A DNA stretch of 63,885 bases, filler included. It is 6 parts of 6 records of this genome, joined end to end, with 100 filler letters (N's around TTAATTAATTAA, not from the genome) between each part and the next. Parts side by side here need not be neighbours in the genome. Positions count along the whole stretch, not along the records: positions 1 to 19,548 come from DRR723986_10260; 5 more parts are not named here. The stretch is one strand, 5' to 3'. The stretch's first letter is position 1, and the number at the start of each line of letters is the position of its first letter. Both the position numbers and the translations under genes were made by a program. The notes below the pieces were generated by a model. The model was not told where the DNA came from and did no database searches. It saw only the letters and a program-made list of their open reading frames with translations. Below, piece after piece: positions 1-15,247 of this stretch.

Positions 1-843
1 GTCTTCATGATGTGGCTCGGTGAGCAGATTACGGAAAAGGGCGTGGGCAACGGGATTTCCCTGTTGATCTTCGCTGGCATCGTAGCGGGTCTGCCCGCGG
101 CGATAGGGCAGTCACTGGAACAGGCAAGACAAGGCGAGATCAACATTCTTGTCCTGCTGCTGATCCTGACGCTGGCAATTGCAGTGATCTACCTGATCGT
201 GTTCATCGAACGCGGCCAGCGGCGGATCACGGTCAATTACGCGAAGCGCCAGCAGGGCCGCAAGATGTACCAGGCGCAGAGCTCGCATCTGCCCCTGAAG
301 GTGAACATGGCGGGTGTTATCCCGGCTATTTTCGCCAGCAGTATCCTGCTGTTCCCTGCGTCAATCGCGCAGTGGTTCGGGTCTTCGGGCTCAGCCGACT
401 GGCTGCAGGATCTGGCCGTGGCCATTGGCCCGGGCCAGCCGCTGAACATATTGCTGTTCACGGTGTTTATTGTGTTTTTCTGCTTCTTCTATACGGCGTT
501 GATGTTCAACCCGCAGGAAGTGGCTGACAACCTGAAGCGGTCCGGCGCCTTTGTGCCCGGTATCCGTCCGGGGCAACAGACTGCCAACTATATTGATGGC
601 GTCCTGACCCGGCTGACGGTGTTTGGCTCAGCGTATATCGCGCTGGTCTGCCTGATGCCCCAGTTCCTGGTGGTGATGTGGAATGTGCCCTTTTACCTGG
701 GCGGCACCTCATTGCTGATCGTGGTTGTGGTTGTGATGGATTTTATGGCCCAGGTGCAGAGCCACCTGATGTCGCACCAGTACGATTCGGTGCTCAAGAA
801 GGCCAACCTGAAGAACTATGGTGGCAGCGGTCGAGTCCGCTGA
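1..843 (+). CDS. secY: Preprotein translocase subunit SecY (5' truncated)
   Basis: [52 protein letters not shown] motifs; upstream of rpmJ/rpsM. Confidence 0.98.
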   Translation, partial: VFMMWLGEQITEKGVGNGISLLIFAGIVAGLPAAIGQSLEQARQGEINILVLLLILTLAIAVIYLIVFIERGQRRITVNYAKRQQGRKMYQAQSSHLPLKVNMAGVIPAIFASSILLFPASIAQWFGSSGSADWLQDLAVAIGPGQPLNILLFTVFIVFFCFFYTALMFNPQEVADNLKRSGAFVPGIRPGQQTANYIDGVLTRLTVFGSAYIALVCLMPQFLVVMWNVPFYLGGTSLLIVVVVVMDFMAQVQSHLMSHQYDSVLKKANLKNYGGSGRVR

Positions 844-868
844 TCGCCGGGTAACGGAGAGAGAAGAG

Positions 869-985
869 ATGAAAGTACGTGCATCAGTGAAAAAGATCTG
901 CAGGAACTGCAAGATCGTGCGTCGCAACGGCGTCGTGCGGGTGATCTGCAACACCGATCCGCGCCACAAACAGCGCCAGGGTTGA
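869..985 (+). CDS. rpmJ: 50S ribosomal protein L36
   Basis: Not in ORF track; hand-translated [38 protein letters not shown], between secY and rpsM. Confidence 0.97.
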   Translation: MKVRASVKKICRNCKIVRRNGVVRVICNTDPRHKQRQG

Positions 986-998
986 TCCCCGGTTGCGG

Positions 999-1027
999 TT
1001 GATTTTTGCTAACGATATCGCTAGAAT
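999..1027 (+). promoter_or_regulatory. Putative sigma70 promoter of the alpha operon
   Basis: TTGATT (999-1004), 17-nt spacer, TAGAAT (1022-1027), upstream of rpsM. Confidence 0.55.
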
Positions 1028-1130
1028 GCTGCGCCTTTCGTTTCCTGCCCCGAAAACTGAGTTAAATCAGGGGTTTGGAGCGCGTGCGCGCAACGTAATA
1101 GCGTTGAATTGAGTATTTGGAGAAAGATGG

Positions 1131-1487
1131 ATGGCTCGTATTGCCGGCGTCAATATACCTGATAACAAGCATGCTGTTATCTCACTGACCTACATCTTTG
1201 GTGTAGGCCGCACTCAGGCCAAGCGCCTGTGCGCCGATACCGGCGTTGCGGAGCATGAAAAGATCGGGGAACTCACCGAGCAGCAGATGGATGCCCTGCG
1301 CAACAAGGTCGCGGAAATGACCGTGGAAGGTGACCTGCGTCGGGAAGTCTCGATGAACATCAAGCGTCTGATGGATTTGGGCTGCAACCGGGGTCTGCGT
1401 CACCGTCGCAGCCTGCCGCTGCGCGGCCAGCGTACCAAGACCAATGCCCGCACCCGTAAAGGTCCGCGCAAGCCGATTCGCAAGTAG
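1131..1487 (+). CDS. rpsM: 30S ribosomal protein S13
   Basis: [14 protein letters not shown]...[17 protein letters not shown]. Confidence 0.99.
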   Translation: MARIAGVNIPDNKHAVISLTYIFGVGRTQAKRLCADTGVAEHEKIGELTEQQMDALRNKVAEMTVEGDLRREVSMNIKRLMDLGCNRGLRHRRSLPLRGQRTKTNARTRKGPRKPIRK

Positions 1488-1565
1488 TCGTAACCGAACA
1501 CAGCGAATCCTTTTTAGTGTAGCTGCACCAGAGTGCAGTGTTGATATTAAAGCAGGAACACAACT

Positions 1566-1958
1566 ATGGCTAAGCCAGGTGCCAAAAGCACTCGTAAGAA
1601 AATTACCAAGACGGTTGTTGACGGTATTGCGCACGTGCATGCGTCCTTCAACAACACCATCATTACCATCACCGATCGCCAGGGTAACACCCTGAGCTGG
1701 GCAACCTCCGGCGGCTCCGGCTTCCGTGGTTCGCGCAAGAGCACGCCGTTTGCTGCACAGGTTGCGGCAGAGCGCGCAGGTGAGGCTGCCAAGGAATACG
1801 GCCTCAAGAACCTGGACGTGCAGGTGAAAGGCCCCGGCCCCGGTCGTGAGTCAGCGGTTCGTGCGCTGAATGCCTGCGGCTACAAGATCAGCAATATCAC
1901 CGACGTGACGCCAATTCCGCATAACGGCTGCCGTCCTCCCAAGAAACGTCGCGTGTAA
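1566..1958 (+). CDS. rpsK: 30S ribosomal protein S11
   Basis: [40 protein letters not shown]. Confidence 0.99.
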   Translation: MAKPGAKSTRKKITKTVVDGIAHVHASFNNTIITITDRQGNTLSWATSGGSGFRGSRKSTPFAAQVAAERAGEAAKEYGLKNLDVQVKGPGPGRESAVRALNACGYKISNITDVTPIPHNGCRPPKKRRV

Positions 1959-1979
1959 CGCTTTACAGGAAGAATTGAC

Positions 1980-2600
1980 ATGGCTCGATATATTGGACCC
2001 AAGTGCAAGCTCTCCCGTCGTGAGGGAACCGACCTGTTCCTGAAGAGCGGAGTGCGTGCGCTGGAAAGCAAGTGCAAGGCCGAAGCGGCCCCCGGACAGC
2101 ACGGTGCCCGCCGCGGCCGTCTGTCAGATTACGGTGTTCAGCTGCGTGAAAAGCAGAAGGTTCGCCGGATTTACGGCGTGCTGGAAAAGCAGTTCCGCAA
2201 CTACTACAAGCAGGCTGCCCGCCTGAAGGGCGCAACCGGTGAAAACCTGCTGCAGCTGCTGGAAAGCCGCCTGGATAACGTGGTTTATCGCATCGGTTTC
2301 GGCGCTACCCGTTCTGAAGCCCGGCAGATGGTTTCGCACAAGGCGATCCTGGTTAATGGCACGGTGGTGAATGTGCCTTCCTATCAGGTTAAGGCCGGCG
2401 ATGTCGTTTCCCTGCGCGAGAAGGCCAAGAAGCAGTTGCGCGTGCAGTCCGCACTTGCCCTGGCTGCCCAGCGTGGCGAGCCGGAGTGGATCGACGTCAA
2501 TACCGAGAAGCTGGAAGGCGTATTCAAGTCAGTCCCTGATCGTCAGGAGCTGTCTTCCGAGATTAATGAAAACCTGATTGTCGAACTTTACTCCAAGTAA
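1980..2600 (+). CDS. rpsD: 30S ribosomal protein S4
   Basis: [39 protein letters not shown]. Confidence 0.99.
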   Translation: MARYIGPKCKLSRREGTDLFLKSGVRALESKCKAEAAPGQHGARRGRLSDYGVQLREKQKVRRIYGVLEKQFRNYYKQAARLKGATGENLLQLLESRLDNVVYRIGFGATRSEARQMVSHKAILVNGTVVNVPSYQVKAGDVVSLREKAKKQLRVQSALALAAQRGEPEWIDVNTEKLEGVFKSVPDRQELSSEINENLIVELYSK

Positions 2601-2638
2601 ACCCGACCAGGAATCATCACACAGCTACAGGTGCCACA

Positions 2639-3643
2639 ATGCAAAGTGCAGTGAAAGAACTTTTGACCCCGCACAAGATCGATGTCGAGCAGAAGAGCGG
2701 AACGCGCGCCCAGGTAACGCTGGAGCCGCTGGAGCGTGGTTTCGGCCACACGCTGGGCAATGCCCTGCGTCGCATTCTCCTTTCCTCTATGCCTGGCTGT
2801 GCCATCACCGAAGTCGAGATCGACGGTGTATTGCACGAGTACAGTGCGATCGAGGGCGTCCAGGAGGACGTGATCGAAATCCTGCTGAACCTGAAGGGTG
2901 TCGCCCTGGTCATGAACGGCAAGGACGAAGCAGAACTGACCCTCAGCAAGAAGGGCCCCGGCCCGGTGACTGCGGGTGATATCCAGGTTGATCACGATAT
3001 CGAGATCCGCAATCCTGAGCACCTGATCTGCCAGCTCAACGATAACTCCGAGATCTTCATGAAGCTCACCGTGGCTCGTGGCCGTGGTTACTCTCCCGCC
3101 GATTCCCGTGAGAATCCGGAAGAGGAAACCCGCGCGATTGGCCGGCTCCAGCTGGACGCGACCTTTTCCCCGGTCAGCCGTGTGTCCTACGTGGTCGAGG
3201 CTGCCCGTGTTGAGCAGCGCACTGACCTCGACAAGCTGGTCCTTGACCTCGAAACCAACGGTACGATTGATCCGGAAGACGCGATCCGTCGCGCGGCAAC
3301 CATCCTCCAGCAGCAGCTGGCGGTGTTTGTTGACCTTGAAAGCGAGAGCGAGTCTGAGTCCTACGAAGAGCAGGACGAGGTCGATCCGATCCTGCTGCGT
3401 CCGGTAGACGACCTGGAGCTGACTGTACGCTCCGCCAACTGCCTGAAGGCAGAAAACATCTACTACATCGGTGACCTGGTGCAGCGCACCGAGGTTGAGC
3501 TGCTCAAGACCCCGAACCTGGGCAAGAAGTCGCTGACCGAGATCAAGGACGTACTGGCTTCCCGCGGGTTGTCGCTGGGCATGCGCCTGGACAACTGGCC
3601 TCCGGCCAGCCTGAAGAACGACGAGCGGGTGTTGAGCGTCTAA
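2639..3643 (+). CDS. rpoA: RNA polymerase subunit alpha
   Basis: [37 protein letters not shown]. Confidence 0.99.
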   Translation: MQSAVKELLTPHKIDVEQKSGTRAQVTLEPLERGFGHTLGNALRRILLSSMPGCAITEVEIDGVLHEYSAIEGVQEDVIEILLNLKGVALVMNGKDEAELTLSKKGPGPVTAGDIQVDHDIEIRNPEHLICQLNDNSEIFMKLTVARGRGYSPADSRENPEEETRAIGRLQLDATFSPVSRVSYVVEAARVEQRTDLDKLVLDLETNGTIDPEDAIRRAATILQQQLAVFVDLESESESESYEEQDEVDPILLRPVDDLELTVRSANCLKAENIYYIGDLVQRTEVELLKTPNLGKKSLTEIKDVLASRGLSLGMRLDNWPPASLKNDERVLSV

Positions 3644-3705
3644 GCAACGCCCCCGGAATTGGATAGAACGTGCTGCGATAGCACTGAAATTACAGGATTA
3701 GGAAA

Positions 3706-4095
3706 ATGCGTCATCGTCATAGTGGCCGTCAGTTAAACCGCAACAGCTCGCACCGCAAGGCCATGTTTCGCAACATGACCATCTCGCTGGTCGAGCATGA
3801 ACTCATCAAGACCACCTTGCCCAAGGCGAAGGAACTGCGCAGCTATGCGGAGCCCCTGATCACCCTGGCCAAGAACGACAGCGTTGCCAACCGTCGCCTG
3901 GCCTTTGATCGCACCCGCAGCAAGGCAGCGGTCGGCAAGCTGTTCAGCGAGCTGGGTCCGCGGTATCAGGAGCGTCCGGGTGGCTACATCCGCATCCTGA
4001 AGTGCGGTTACCGCGCCGGCGACAAGGCCCCCATGGCCTACGTCGAGCTGGTCGATCGTCCGCAGCCGGAAAGCTACGACGACGCGGAAGACTGA
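3706..4095 (+). CDS. rplQ: 50S ribosomal protein L17
   Basis: [28 protein letters not shown]. Confidence 0.99.
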   Translation: MRHRHSGRQLNRNSSHRKAMFRNMTISLVEHELIKTTLPKAKELRSYAEPLITLAKNDSVANRRLAFDRTRSKAAVGKLFSELGPRYQERPGGYIRILKCGYRAGDKAPMAYVELVDRPQPESYDDAED

Positions 4096-4122
4096 TCCTG
4101 CGCCTGTAACACAGGCAGTACG

Positions 4123-4148
4123 AAAGCCGGGCTTGTCCCGGCTTTTTT
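4123..4148 (+). terminator. Intrinsic terminator of the alpha operon
   Basis: AAAGCCGGG-CTTGT-CCCGGCTTT hairpin followed by T-tract. Confidence 0.85.
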
Positions 4149-4226
4149 GTGTCCGCGTGTTTGAGGCTGGTGCCCGAGGGAATAAGTGTTAGGCTTCGGC
4201 ATTCATGCTTGTGGCAAGGATCGGTT

Positions 4227-5096
4227 ATGAAGGCGAACGTGATTGCGGATGGCTTGTATTTCGGGGAGGGTCCCAGGTGGCATGATGGTCGCCTGTGGTT
4301 CAGCGATTTCTACGATCACGCCATCAAGTCTCTCGGGGTGGATGGCGACGTCCGTATCGAGCACGAGTTCGAGGGTCAGACCTCGGGCCTTGGCTGGTTG
4401 CCGGATGGTCGCCTGCTGGTCGTCGCAATGCGGGAAATGCAGTTGCTGAGACAGGAGGGCGAGGGCTTCGTGGTCCACGCCGACCTGTCGCCGCTGTCAT
4501 CTTTCATGTGCAACGATATGGTGGTGGATCCGGCGGGCCGGGCCTGGGTTGGTAACTTTGGCTTCGACCTCGATGGCGAGATCGCGGCCCGCGGTGCCGA
4601 ATCGGTCATGGCGGACCACCGCACCACCAACCTGGTACGGGTCGATCCGGATGGCAGCGTGCACTGCGCCTCGGCGGGCATGAGTTTCCCCAACGGTACG
4701 GTCATCACCCCCGATGGCGGGACCCTCATCGTGGCCGAAACCCTGGCCATGCGCCTTACCGCGTTCGATATCACCGACCAGGGCGAACTGGTCAATCGCA
4801 GGACCTGGGCCGAGGTCGGCGCCCGCGCGCCGGATGGTATCTGCCTGGACGCCGATGGCAACGTGTGGGTGGCCAATGCGATTGCCGCCGAGTGTGTGTT
4901 GGTGGCAGAAGGCGGTGAGATCCTGCAGACGGTGTCTGCATCGGCAAATTGTTTTGCCTGCATGCTGGGTGGACCGGAGGAGCGTGACCTCTATCTGCTA
5001 ACCGCAGCGGGTTCAGATCACCAGCGGGCATCGGCCGCACGAACCGGCAAAATCGAGCGGGTCAGGGTCACGAGTCCACGGGCCGGCTGGCCCTGA
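4227..5096 (+). CDS. SMP-30/gluconolactonase/LRE family beta-propeller protein
   Basis: FGEGPRWHDGRLWFSD, CNDMVVD, FPNG, PDGICLD motifs; start moved to ATG 4227. Confidence 0.9.
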   Translation: MKANVIADGLYFGEGPRWHDGRLWFSDFYDHAIKSLGVDGDVRIEHEFEGQTSGLGWLPDGRLLVVAMREMQLLRQEGEGFVVHADLSPLSSFMCNDMVVDPAGRAWVGNFGFDLDGEIAARGAESVMADHRTTNLVRVDPDGSVHCASAGMSFPNGTVITPDGGTLIVAETLAMRLTAFDITDQGELVNRRTWAEVGARAPDGICLDADGNVWVANAIAAECVLVAEGGEILQTVSASANCFACMLGGPEERDLYLLTAAGSDHQRASAARTGKIERVRVTSPRAGWP

Positions 5097-5139
5097 GCTT
5101 CGGCTGCGCCGAGCCCGGACGCAGGCCTGCAGCGGGTGC

Positions 5140-6321
5140 TTACAGCTTGACGCTTACCTTCGCTGCGGCGCGCAGGGCTTTCTCTGTTGCCTCGCCGGTA
5201 GTCTCCGCCCGGGCCAGGGCAACACCCATCCGGCGCCGGCCGGCGACCTCGGGCTTGCCGAACAGGCGCAGGTCCGTATCCGGTTCCGCCAGTGCCTCTT
5301 CCAGCGAGCCATAGCGGGTCTGCTGCGATTCCCCTTCCACCAGGATGACCGCTGAAGCCGAGGGTCCACGCTGGCGAATGACCGGAATTGGCAGACCGAG
5401 AATCGCCCGGGCATGGAGGTCGAACTCGGACAGGTCCTGGGAGATCAGGGTCACCATGCCGGTGTCGTGAGGTCGCGGGGAAACCTCGCTGAAGTAGACC
5501 TGGTCGCCCTTGATGAAAAACTCGACACCGAACAGCCCGCGCCCGCCAAGAGCCCCGGTGACCTGCGCCGCAATGTCCTGGCAACTCGCCAGCGCGGCCG
5601 CGGACATGGGTTGCGGCTGCCAGGACTCGCGGTAGTCGCCGTCCTCCTGGCGGTGGCCGATCGGTTCACAGAAACTGGTGCCACTCTCGTGGCGCACGGT
5701 CAGCAGGGTGATTTCGTAATCGAAGTCGACAAAGCCTTCGACGATTACCGTCCCGGCCCCGGCGCGCCCGCCCTCCTGGGCGTAGTTCCAGGCCCGGTCC
5801 GCATCCTCTGCGCGTAGCACTGTGCTCTGGCCCTTGCCCGAGGAACTCATGATCGGTTTCACCACGCAGGGGATGCCGACGTCGCGCAGGGCCGCGTCGA
5901 AGGCCTCGCGGCTGTCAGCGAAGCGGTAGGGGGAGGTGGGTACGCCAAGCTCCTCAGCGGCCAGACGGCGGATGCCCTCGCGATTCATGGTCAGCCGGGC
6001 CGCGCGGGCTGTGGGCACCACGGTGAAGCCCTCGGCCTCCAGTTCGACGAGGGTGTCGGTGGCGATTGCCTCGATTTCCGGAACCACGTAGTGCGGTTGC
6101 TCCAGTTCGATGACCCGGCGCAACTCGTCGCCGTCGAGCATGGAAAAGGTGTGGCTGCGATCCGCCACCTGCATGGCGGGTGCATGGGCGTAGCGATCGC
6201 AGGCGATTACCTCGACCCCGAGGCGCTGCAGGGCGATAACCACTTCCTTGCCAAGTTCACCCGAGCCGCAAAGCAGAACTCGGGTGGCAGTTTCGCTGAA
6301 TGGGGTGCCGATGGTGGTCAT
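5140..6321 (-). CDS. purT: Formate-dependent phosphoribosylglycinamide formyltransferase
   Basis: [45 protein letters not shown]. Confidence 0.97.
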   Translation of the reverse strand: MTTIGTPFSETATRVLLCGSGELGKEVVIALQRLGVEVIACDRYAHAPAMQVADRSHTFSMLDGDELRRVIELEQPHYVVPEIEAIATDTLVELEAEGFTVVPTARAARLTMNREGIRRLAAEELGVPTSPYRFADSREAFDAALRDVGIPCVVKPIMSSSGKGQSTVLRAEDADRAWNYAQEGGRAGAGTVIVEGFVDFDYEITLLTVRHESGTSFCEPIGHRQEDGDYRESWQPQPMSAAALASCQDIAAQVTGALGGRGLFGVEFFIKGDQVYFSEVSPRPHDTGMVTLISQDLSEFDLHARAILGLPIPVIRQRGPSASAVILVEGESQQTRYGSLEEALAEPDTDLRLFGKPEVAGRRRMGVALARAETTGEATEKALRAAAKVSVKL

Positions 6322-6421
6322 GCGCGCGTTCCTTACAGTTGTTGCCCTTGGTGTCTTTACCTTTCGGCCCAGCCGGGCTGGTCATCTTCAAATGGTATCG
6401 TCTGCATTCGCTTCGCCGTTC

Positions 6422-9265
<2,844 letters not shown>

Positions 9266-9508
9266 TGAATTCCTGGTGCAGTTTTGCTTTGGAAACACGA
9301 CAGTATAGGGCTTCTCGCTTGGGAGAGGCAAAATCCGTCAGGCTTTGTTACGTTCGCAGGCGCGTGCTGGATGCCGATCAGGCAGTCACGACGAGCAGTG
9401 GCGGTTCCGCCCTGTCGCGGGCGCTGCCTTCTATGGTGTCTCAGCTATGCCAAGCTGTTAGAATGCGCGCTCTTCCGGAAAGATTAATCAGTGATAACCC
9501 AGAACCCC

Positions 9509-10702
9509 ATGAGCGCGCTGGAGAGGCGTGCGGTAGGCTCACTCGCACTGCTTTACAGCTTCCGCATGCTGGGGCTGTTCATGGTGCTGCCCCTGCTCGC
9601 CCTGTACGCGGCGGAGTTGCCGGGCGCTTCCCCCTTTTATATCGGCATGGCCCTGGGTGGCTATGGGCTCAGCCAGGCCCTGTTCCAGATCCCCCTGGGC
9701 TGGTTGTCCGATCGGGTCGGTCGCAAGCCGGTCATTATCGGCGGCCTGCTGGTCTTTCTCGCCGGCAGTGTGGTAGCCGGCGCCGCCACGTCCATGGGCG
9801 GTATCGTGTTCGGCCGGGTGCTGCAGGGTGCGGGCGCCATCGCCGCCACGGTAATGGCCCTGGTCGCCGATCTCACCAGCGAGGAACAGCGCACCAAGGC
9901 GATGGCGGTGGTTGGCGCCAGTATTGGCCTGTCCTTCGGCCTGGCGATAGTGATCGGCCCCGTAGTGGCGGCCTTTGGTGGGCTGTCGGCGGTGTTCTAC
10001 CTCACCGCATTACTTGCCGCTGTCGGTATCCTGGTGGTTATGGTTGCAGTACCGTCGCCGCAGACCCCGCCGCGCCAGCATTCCGAGGTGGGCGCCCAGC
10101 GTGGGCTGATCGGCGCTGCCATCCGGGTGCCGGCCCTGCGCCGCCTCTACCTGGGTATTTTCACGCTGCACTTTATTCTCACCGCCAGCTTCCTGCTGGT
10201 GCCCCAGGTGCTGGAACAGGCGCTGGGGGTCGCGCGTACCCAGCACTGGCAGGTCTACCTGCCCATCCTGGTGTTGTCCCTGCTGGGGATTGTGCCGCTG
10301 ATGCGACTGGCGGAATACCACGGTCGCCTGGCGCTGGTGCTGCCGGGTTCCGTCCTGCTGTTGCTGCTGGCCATGGCTGGCTTGTCGCTGCTGACCTCAG
10401 CGCCGGTCTACTACACCAGCCTCTGGTTGTTCTTCGTGATGATCAACTACCTCGAGGCGACCTTGCCCTCACTGGTCAGTAAAACCGTGTTCGCCGGGGG
10501 CAAGGGGACGGCCATGGGCATTTTCTCCACCAGCCAGTTCCTCGGCATCTTCGCCGGCGGCGCGCTGGGGGGCTGGGTGCTGCAGGCCGCCGGTGGCTTC
10601 GGCCTGTTGCTGCTGTGCCTGGTTCCCGGCCTGGTCTGGCTTTACGTCACCCTGCCCGGCAGGGCGGCCGGAACGCTGGAATCGCCACCCGAGGCGGGTT
10701 GA
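9509..10702 (+). CDS. MFS transporter (YajR-like)
   Basis: RMLGLFMVLP, motif A GWLSDRVGRKPVI; familiar uvrA-MFS-ssb arrangement. Confidence 0.9.
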   Translation: MSALERRAVGSLALLYSFRMLGLFMVLPLLALYAAELPGASPFYIGMALGGYGLSQALFQIPLGWLSDRVGRKPVIIGGLLVFLAGSVVAGAATSMGGIVFGRVLQGAGAIAATVMALVADLTSEEQRTKAMAVVGASIGLSFGLAIVIGPVVAAFGGLSAVFYLTALLAAVGILVVMVAVPSPQTPPRQHSEVGAQRGLIGAAIRVPALRRLYLGIFTLHFILTASFLLVPQVLEQALGVARTQHWQVYLPILVLSLLGIVPLMRLAEYHGRLALVLPGSVLLLLLAMAGLSLLTSAPVYYTSLWLFFVMINYLEATLPSLVSKTVFAGGKGTAMGIFSTSQFLGIFAGGALGGWVLQAAGGFGLLLLCLVPGLVWLYVTLPGRAAGTLESPPEAG

Positions 10703-10830
10703 TCCCCGGGTTGGCCGGATGGCCTGATTTGCCCGCTGCTGGGCGACAATGCTGGTGCATTTGGCAGACGGGATTGCTATAGTCCTTGGTTCACTAGGGC
10801 ACAAGAATCACGCGTTTCAGGGGAGCAGGC

Positions 10831-11328
10831 ATGGCGTCACGGGGTATCAACAAGGTCATTCTGGTGGGCAATCTGGGCAATGACCCGGAAGTACGCTACC
10901 TGCCCTCCGGGGGTGCGGTAACCAATATTTCCGTGGCCACCTCGGAAAGCTGGAAAGACAAGCAGACCGGCCAGCCCCAGGAACGCACCGAATGGCACCG
11001 TGTGGTTTTCTTCAACCGGCTGGCGGAAATTGCCGGCGAGTACCTGCGCAAGGGCTCAAAGGTCTATGTCGAGGGCTCGCTGCGCACCCGCAAGTGGCAG
11101 GACCAGTCCGGGCAGGATCGCTACAGCACGGAAATCGTCGCCAGCGAAATGCAGATGCTCGATAGCCGTGGCGCCGGCCAGGACGGCGGTGGTTCCTACC
11201 CGTCCCAGGACCAGAGCGCGCCGCCCCGTCCCGCGGGAGGCGGTGGCAATCCCTCCCAGGCCGCTGCGCCAGCAGGAGGCGGACAGCCGACAGACTTCGG
11301 TGCTTTCGACGACGATATTCCCTTCTAG
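10831..11328 (+). CDS. ssb: Single-stranded DNA-binding protein
   Basis: [18 protein letters not shown]-terminal FDDDIPF. Confidence 0.99.
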   Translation: MASRGINKVILVGNLGNDPEVRYLPSGGAVTNISVATSESWKDKQTGQPQERTEWHRVVFFNRLAEIAGEYLRKGSKVYVEGSLRTRKWQDQSGQDRYSTEIVASEMQMLDSRGAGQDGGGSYPSQDQSAPPRPAGGGGNPSQAAAPAGGGQPTDFGAFDDDIPF

Positions 11329-11377
11329 GCGCCCTGTGCGCCTTCCCCCTGGCACCTCCATCGAGGGCGCCTGAGTC

Positions 11378-12253
11378 ATGCGCGTACTGCTGATCGGCGT
11401 GGACGCCTGCCTCGGGATTGCCCTCCAGGGGCAGGTGTTGCGTTGGGGTCGACACGAGCTGGAAACCATCACCCTGGCGGCAAGTCGCTGGAAGAGCGAA
11501 CGGCAGGCGAAAAAGGCCGTGCGCAGGGCCCGGCCCGACATGATCATCGACCTGCGGGTAATCGCCTCTGCCGATAGTGGTGAGCCGGTGCACGAGCTCG
11601 ACCTGCAACGCTGTCACTGGCTGGCCAAGGCCTGCCAACGCAGTGAGATTGACTATTTCTATGTGTCCAGCTCCCGGGTGTTTTCCGGACTGCGGGATCG
11701 CCCTTACCGCGAGATCGACGAGCCGGACAATACCGAGACGATCGGCCGCCTGCTGCAACAGGCGGAGCAGCTGGTGCGCGACACCTGCGAACGCCACATC
11801 ATCCTGCGCCTGGGGCCGGTCTTCTCCCCCCGCGGGGTCAACGTGCTGACCCATATGCTGGGCCGTCTGCGTGAGGGTGGTGAGCTGTTGCTCGGGAACT
11901 CACTGCGCGGCTGCCCGGTGGAGTCTTCCGATGCGGCCCGGGTGATTTCCGCGATGCTCGACCAGTTCAGTGCCGGTGCCCAGAACTGGGGTACCTTTCA
12001 CTACTGCAGCTCCGATCCGACCAACTGCTACGAGTTTGCCGAGGTGCTGTTGGCTTCGGCTTCCCAGTTTTCGGAATTCGGCCCCGCAGCGGTGCAATTG
12101 GTGGTGGAGCCGGGTGAATCTCACCTGCGCTATCGCGGCCTGGAATGCAGCCTGATCCGCAATCACTTCGCGATCAAGCAGGTGGCCTGGCGCGGTTTTG
12201 TGGCCAATGCGGTCAAACAGTATTTCGAATTACTGGCGGCGGAGGAAGCCTAG
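11378..12253 (+). CDS. RmlD-like sugar-nucleotide-binding protein
   Basis: SSSRVFSG, PYREIDEP, HIILRLGPVF, WGTFHY; RmlD substrate-binding-like with degenerate catalytic motif. Confidence 0.75.
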   Translation: MRVLLIGVDACLGIALQGQVLRWGRHELETITLAASRWKSERQAKKAVRRARPDMIIDLRVIASADSGEPVHELDLQRCHWLAKACQRSEIDYFYVSSSRVFSGLRDRPYREIDEPDNTETIGRLLQQAEQLVRDTCERHIILRLGPVFSPRGVNVLTHMLGRLREGGELLLGNSLRGCPVESSDAARVISAMLDQFSAGAQNWGTFHYCSSDPTNCYEFAEVLLASASQFSEFGPAAVQLVVEPGESHLRYRGLECSLIRNHFAIKQVAWRGFVANAVKQYFELLAAEEA

Positions 12254-12255
12254 CC

Positions 12256-12774
12256 ATGGCAAAAGCGACAGATACCCGGCCACAAGCACTGAGCGTGGCG
12301 GTACTTACCGTGTCCGATACTCGCTCTGAAGCGGACGATACGTCCGGCGATTTTCTCGTGCAGGCACTGCGGGCCGATGGCCACCACCTGTCTGCCCGGC
12401 GGATTGTCATTGACGACATCTACCAGATCCGGGCGGTGCTCTCGGGCTGGATAGCGGATGCGGATACCGACGCCGTGCTCATTACCGGTGGCACCGGGTT
12501 TTCCGGGCGGGATTCCACGCCCGAGGCGGTGCTGCCCCTGTTCGACAAGACCATCGACGGCTTCGGTGAGGTATTCCGGGCCCTGTCCTACCAGGAGATT
12601 GGTTCGTCCACGGTGCAGTCCCGCGCGCTGGCGGGCTTCGCCAACAATACCGTGATCTTCTGCATGCCGGGCTCCACCGGGGCCTGTCGCACAGCCTGGG
12701 ACGGCGTCATCAGCGAGCAATTGGACAGCAGTCATCGCCCCTGTAACTTTGTCGGGGTACTGGGCGTCCGGTGA
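12256..12774 (+). CDS. moaB: Molybdenum cofactor biosynthesis protein B
   Basis: [36 protein letters not shown]. Confidence 0.95.
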   Translation: MAKATDTRPQALSVAVLTVSDTRSEADDTSGDFLVQALRADGHHLSARRIVIDDIYQIRAVLSGWIADADTDAVLITGGTGFSGRDSTPEAVLPLFDKTIDGFGEVFRALSYQEIGSSTVQSRALAGFANNTVIFCMPGSTGACRTAWDGVISEQLDSSHRPCNFVGVLGVR

Positions 12775-13979
12775 CCAGCCTGCTACCAGTGGAGGACGCG
12801 CTGGCGCGTATTCTTGCCAGCGCCCAGGCTGTCGCCCTGACCCGGATCCTGCCGCTCGGCGACGCCCTGGGCCGTGTGCTGGCCACGGAGATCAACTCAC
12901 CCATAGATGTGCCCGGCGCGGATAACAGCGCGATGGACGGCTATGCCCTGCGCGCCGCTGATACGGGGGCTGGCCCGCTGCCAGTCAGTCAGCGCATTCC
13001 TGCGGGTCACGCGCCGCAACCATTGGCCCCGGGCACCGCGGCGCGCATTTTTACCGGGGCAACGATCCCGGCGGGTGCAGACTCCGTGGTGATGCAGGAA
13101 GACTGTGAACTGGATGGCGATTCGCTGCATGTCGCCACTGTGGTCCAGTCCGGGCAGCACATCCGGCGCCGGGGCCAGGATATCGGGGCCGGGGCCCGGG
13201 TACTGAACGCCGGGCGCCGGTTGCGGCCGCAGGACCTGGGCTTGCTGGCCTCCATCGGCCTCGCCGAGGTGGCGGTCTACCGCCCGCTGCGGGTGGCGAT
13301 TCTCTCGACCGGGGATGAGTTGGTCGAACCCGGTACGGGCGAGATTCTTCCCGGCCAGTTGTTTAATTCCAACCGTTACATGCTCGCCGGCCTGCTGCGT
13401 GGTCTCGGGATGGAATTGGTGGACGGCGGCGTCGTTGCCGATGATCCGGCGGCGACCAGGCAGGCCTTGCAGGCGGCTGCCGAGATGGCGGACTGCGTGA
13501 TCACCAGCGGCGGCGTATCGGTGGGGGAAGAGGATCACGTCAAGGCCCAGGTCGAGACGCTCGGTGAGTTGCAGCTGTGGAAGCTCGCGATCAAGCCCGG
13601 CAAGCCACTGGCCTTTGGCCGCATCGGTGAAACCCCGTTCCTCGGCCTGCCGGGGAATCCCAGCTCCGTGTTTGTCACCTTCTGCCTGATCGCGCGGCCC
13701 TATCTGTTGCAGCTGCAGGGCTGTTCGGAACTGCAGCCCCTGTCGGTGACCGCCCGCGCTGCGTTCACAGTGGATCGTCCCGGCGGCCGCCGTGAATACC
13801 TGCGTGCCACCCTGGAGAATGTTGGCGGTGAACTGACGGTCACCGCCTATCCGCGACAGAGTTCCGGAATTCTCAGTTCGGTGAGCGAGTCCAATGCCCT
13901 GGCGGTAATCCCGCCGGGGACGACCGTCGCCGAGGGCGACCGGGTCGAGGTATTGCTGCTGGATCTACTGACGGCCTGA
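12771..13979 (+). CDS. moeA: Molybdopterin molybdotransferase
   Basis: [37 protein letters not shown]. Confidence 0.97.
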   Translation: MTSLLPVEDALARILASAQAVALTRILPLGDALGRVLATEINSPIDVPGADNSAMDGYALRAADTGAGPLPVSQRIPAGHAPQPLAPGTAARIFTGATIPAGADSVVMQEDCELDGDSLHVATVVQSGQHIRRRGQDIGAGARVLNAGRRLRPQDLGLLASIGLAEVAVYRPLRVAILSTGDELVEPGTGEILPGQLFNSNRYMLAGLLRGLGMELVDGGVVADDPAATRQALQAAAEMADCVITSGGVSVGEEDHVKAQVETLGELQLWKLAIKPGKPLAFGRIGETPFLGLPGNPSSVFVTFCLIARPYLLQLQGCSELQPLSVTARAAFTVDRPGGRREYLRATLENVGGELTVTAYPRQSSGILSSVSESNALAVIPPGTTVAEGDRVEVLLLDLLTA

Positions 13980-14016
13980 GCGCCAGCCCCCGGACTTGCA
14001 GGGGCGGGCCCCGGAC

Positions 14017-15243
14017 TCAGTCCTGGTACTTCTGGAATACCAGCGAGGCGTTGGTGCCGCCGAAGCCGAAGCTGTTCGACATCACCCGATGCAGGTCGAC
14101 ATTGTCGTGGCGGGTCCGGGCGATGGGCAGGTCGCCGGCCTCGGGGTCAAGGTTATCGATATTGGCCGAGGCGGCGATGAAGCCCGCCTGCTGCATCAGC
14201 AGCGAGTAGATGGCCTCCTGGACGCCGGCGGCGCCGAGTGAGTGACCCGACAGTGACTTGGTTGAGCCGATAACCGGGATGTGATCCAGGCCTTCATAGG
14301 CCGCTTTCACGGCTTTCAGCTCCTGGATGTCGCCTGCAGGTGTGCTGGTGCCGTGGGCATTGATGTAGTCCACGGGTCCGTCGACGGTTCCCAGGGCCTG
14401 TTGCATGCAGCGCACCGCGCCTTCGCCGGAGGGCGCCACCATGTCGTAGCCATCCGAGGTTGCGCCGTAGCCCACCAGTTCAGCGTAGATTTTCGCACCG
14501 CGCGCTTTCGCGTGTTCCAGTTCCTCGAGCACCAGCATGCCGCCACCGCCGGCGATCACGAAGCCGTCGCGGTCCGCGTCATAGGCCCTGGAGGCGCGCT
14601 CGGGTGTGTCGTTGTAGCGGGTGGACAGCGCGCCCATGGCGTCGAACAGGCTGCTCAGGGTCCAGTGCAGTTCTTCGCCGCCACCTGCAAATACCACGTC
14701 CTGCTTGTTCATCTGGATTTGCTCCATCGCATTGCCGATGCAGTGCGCGCTGGTGGAGCAGGCGGAGGATATGGAGTAGTTGACGCCCTTGATCTTGAAC
14801 GGTGTCGCCAGGCAGGCGGAAACGGTGCTGCCCATGGTCTGGGTTACCCGGTAGGGTCCGACCCGGCGCAAACCACGGTCGCGCAGGATGTCGGCGGCCT
14901 CGGTCTGGCTGGCGGAGGATGCGCCGCCGGAACCGGCGATGATACCGGTCCGCACATTGGAGACATCACTGTCCTCGAGGCCCGAGTCAGTGATTGCCTG
15001 CTGCATGGCGATGTAGGCGTAGGCTGCCGCATCACCCATGAACCGCAGCTGCTTGCGGTCGATCAGCGCTGCGGTGTCGATATCCGGGGCGCCGGCGACG
15101 TGTGAACGCATGCCGATGTCGATCTGTTCCTGGCGCGTGCTGATCCCGGATTTCCCTTCGTACAGGGACTGGGTTACGGCTTTCGCATCGTTGCCCAGGC
15201 AGGACACAATGCCCATGCCGGTTATTACGACTCGTCTTTGCAT
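14017..15243 (-). CDS. fabB: Beta-ketoacyl-ACP synthase I
   Basis: [36 protein letters not shown]; follows fabA. Confidence 0.96.
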   Translation of the reverse strand: MQRRVVITGMGIVSCLGNDAKAVTQSLYEGKSGISTRQEQIDIGMRSHVAGAPDIDTAALIDRKQLRFMGDAAAYAYIAMQQAITDSGLEDSDVSNVRTGIIAGSGGASSASQTEAADILRDRGLRRVGPYRVTQTMGSTVSACLATPFKIKGVNYSISSACSTSAHCIGNAMEQIQMNKQDVVFAGGGEELHWTLSSLFDAMGALSTRYNDTPERASRAYDADRDGFVIAGGGGMLVLEELEHAKARGAKIYAELVGYGATSDGYDMVAPSGEGAVRCMQQALGTVDGPVDYINAHGTSTPAGDIQELKAVKAAYEGLDHIPVIGSTKSLSGHSLGAAGVQEAIYSLLMQQAGFIAASANIDNLDPEAGDLPIARTRHDNVDLHRVMSNSFGFGGTNASLVFQKYQD

Positions 15244-15247
15244 CGGA

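Noticed and set aside
9266-9508. LexA (SOS) box upstream of uvrA
   Set aside because: No CTGT-N8-ACAG match found by eye.
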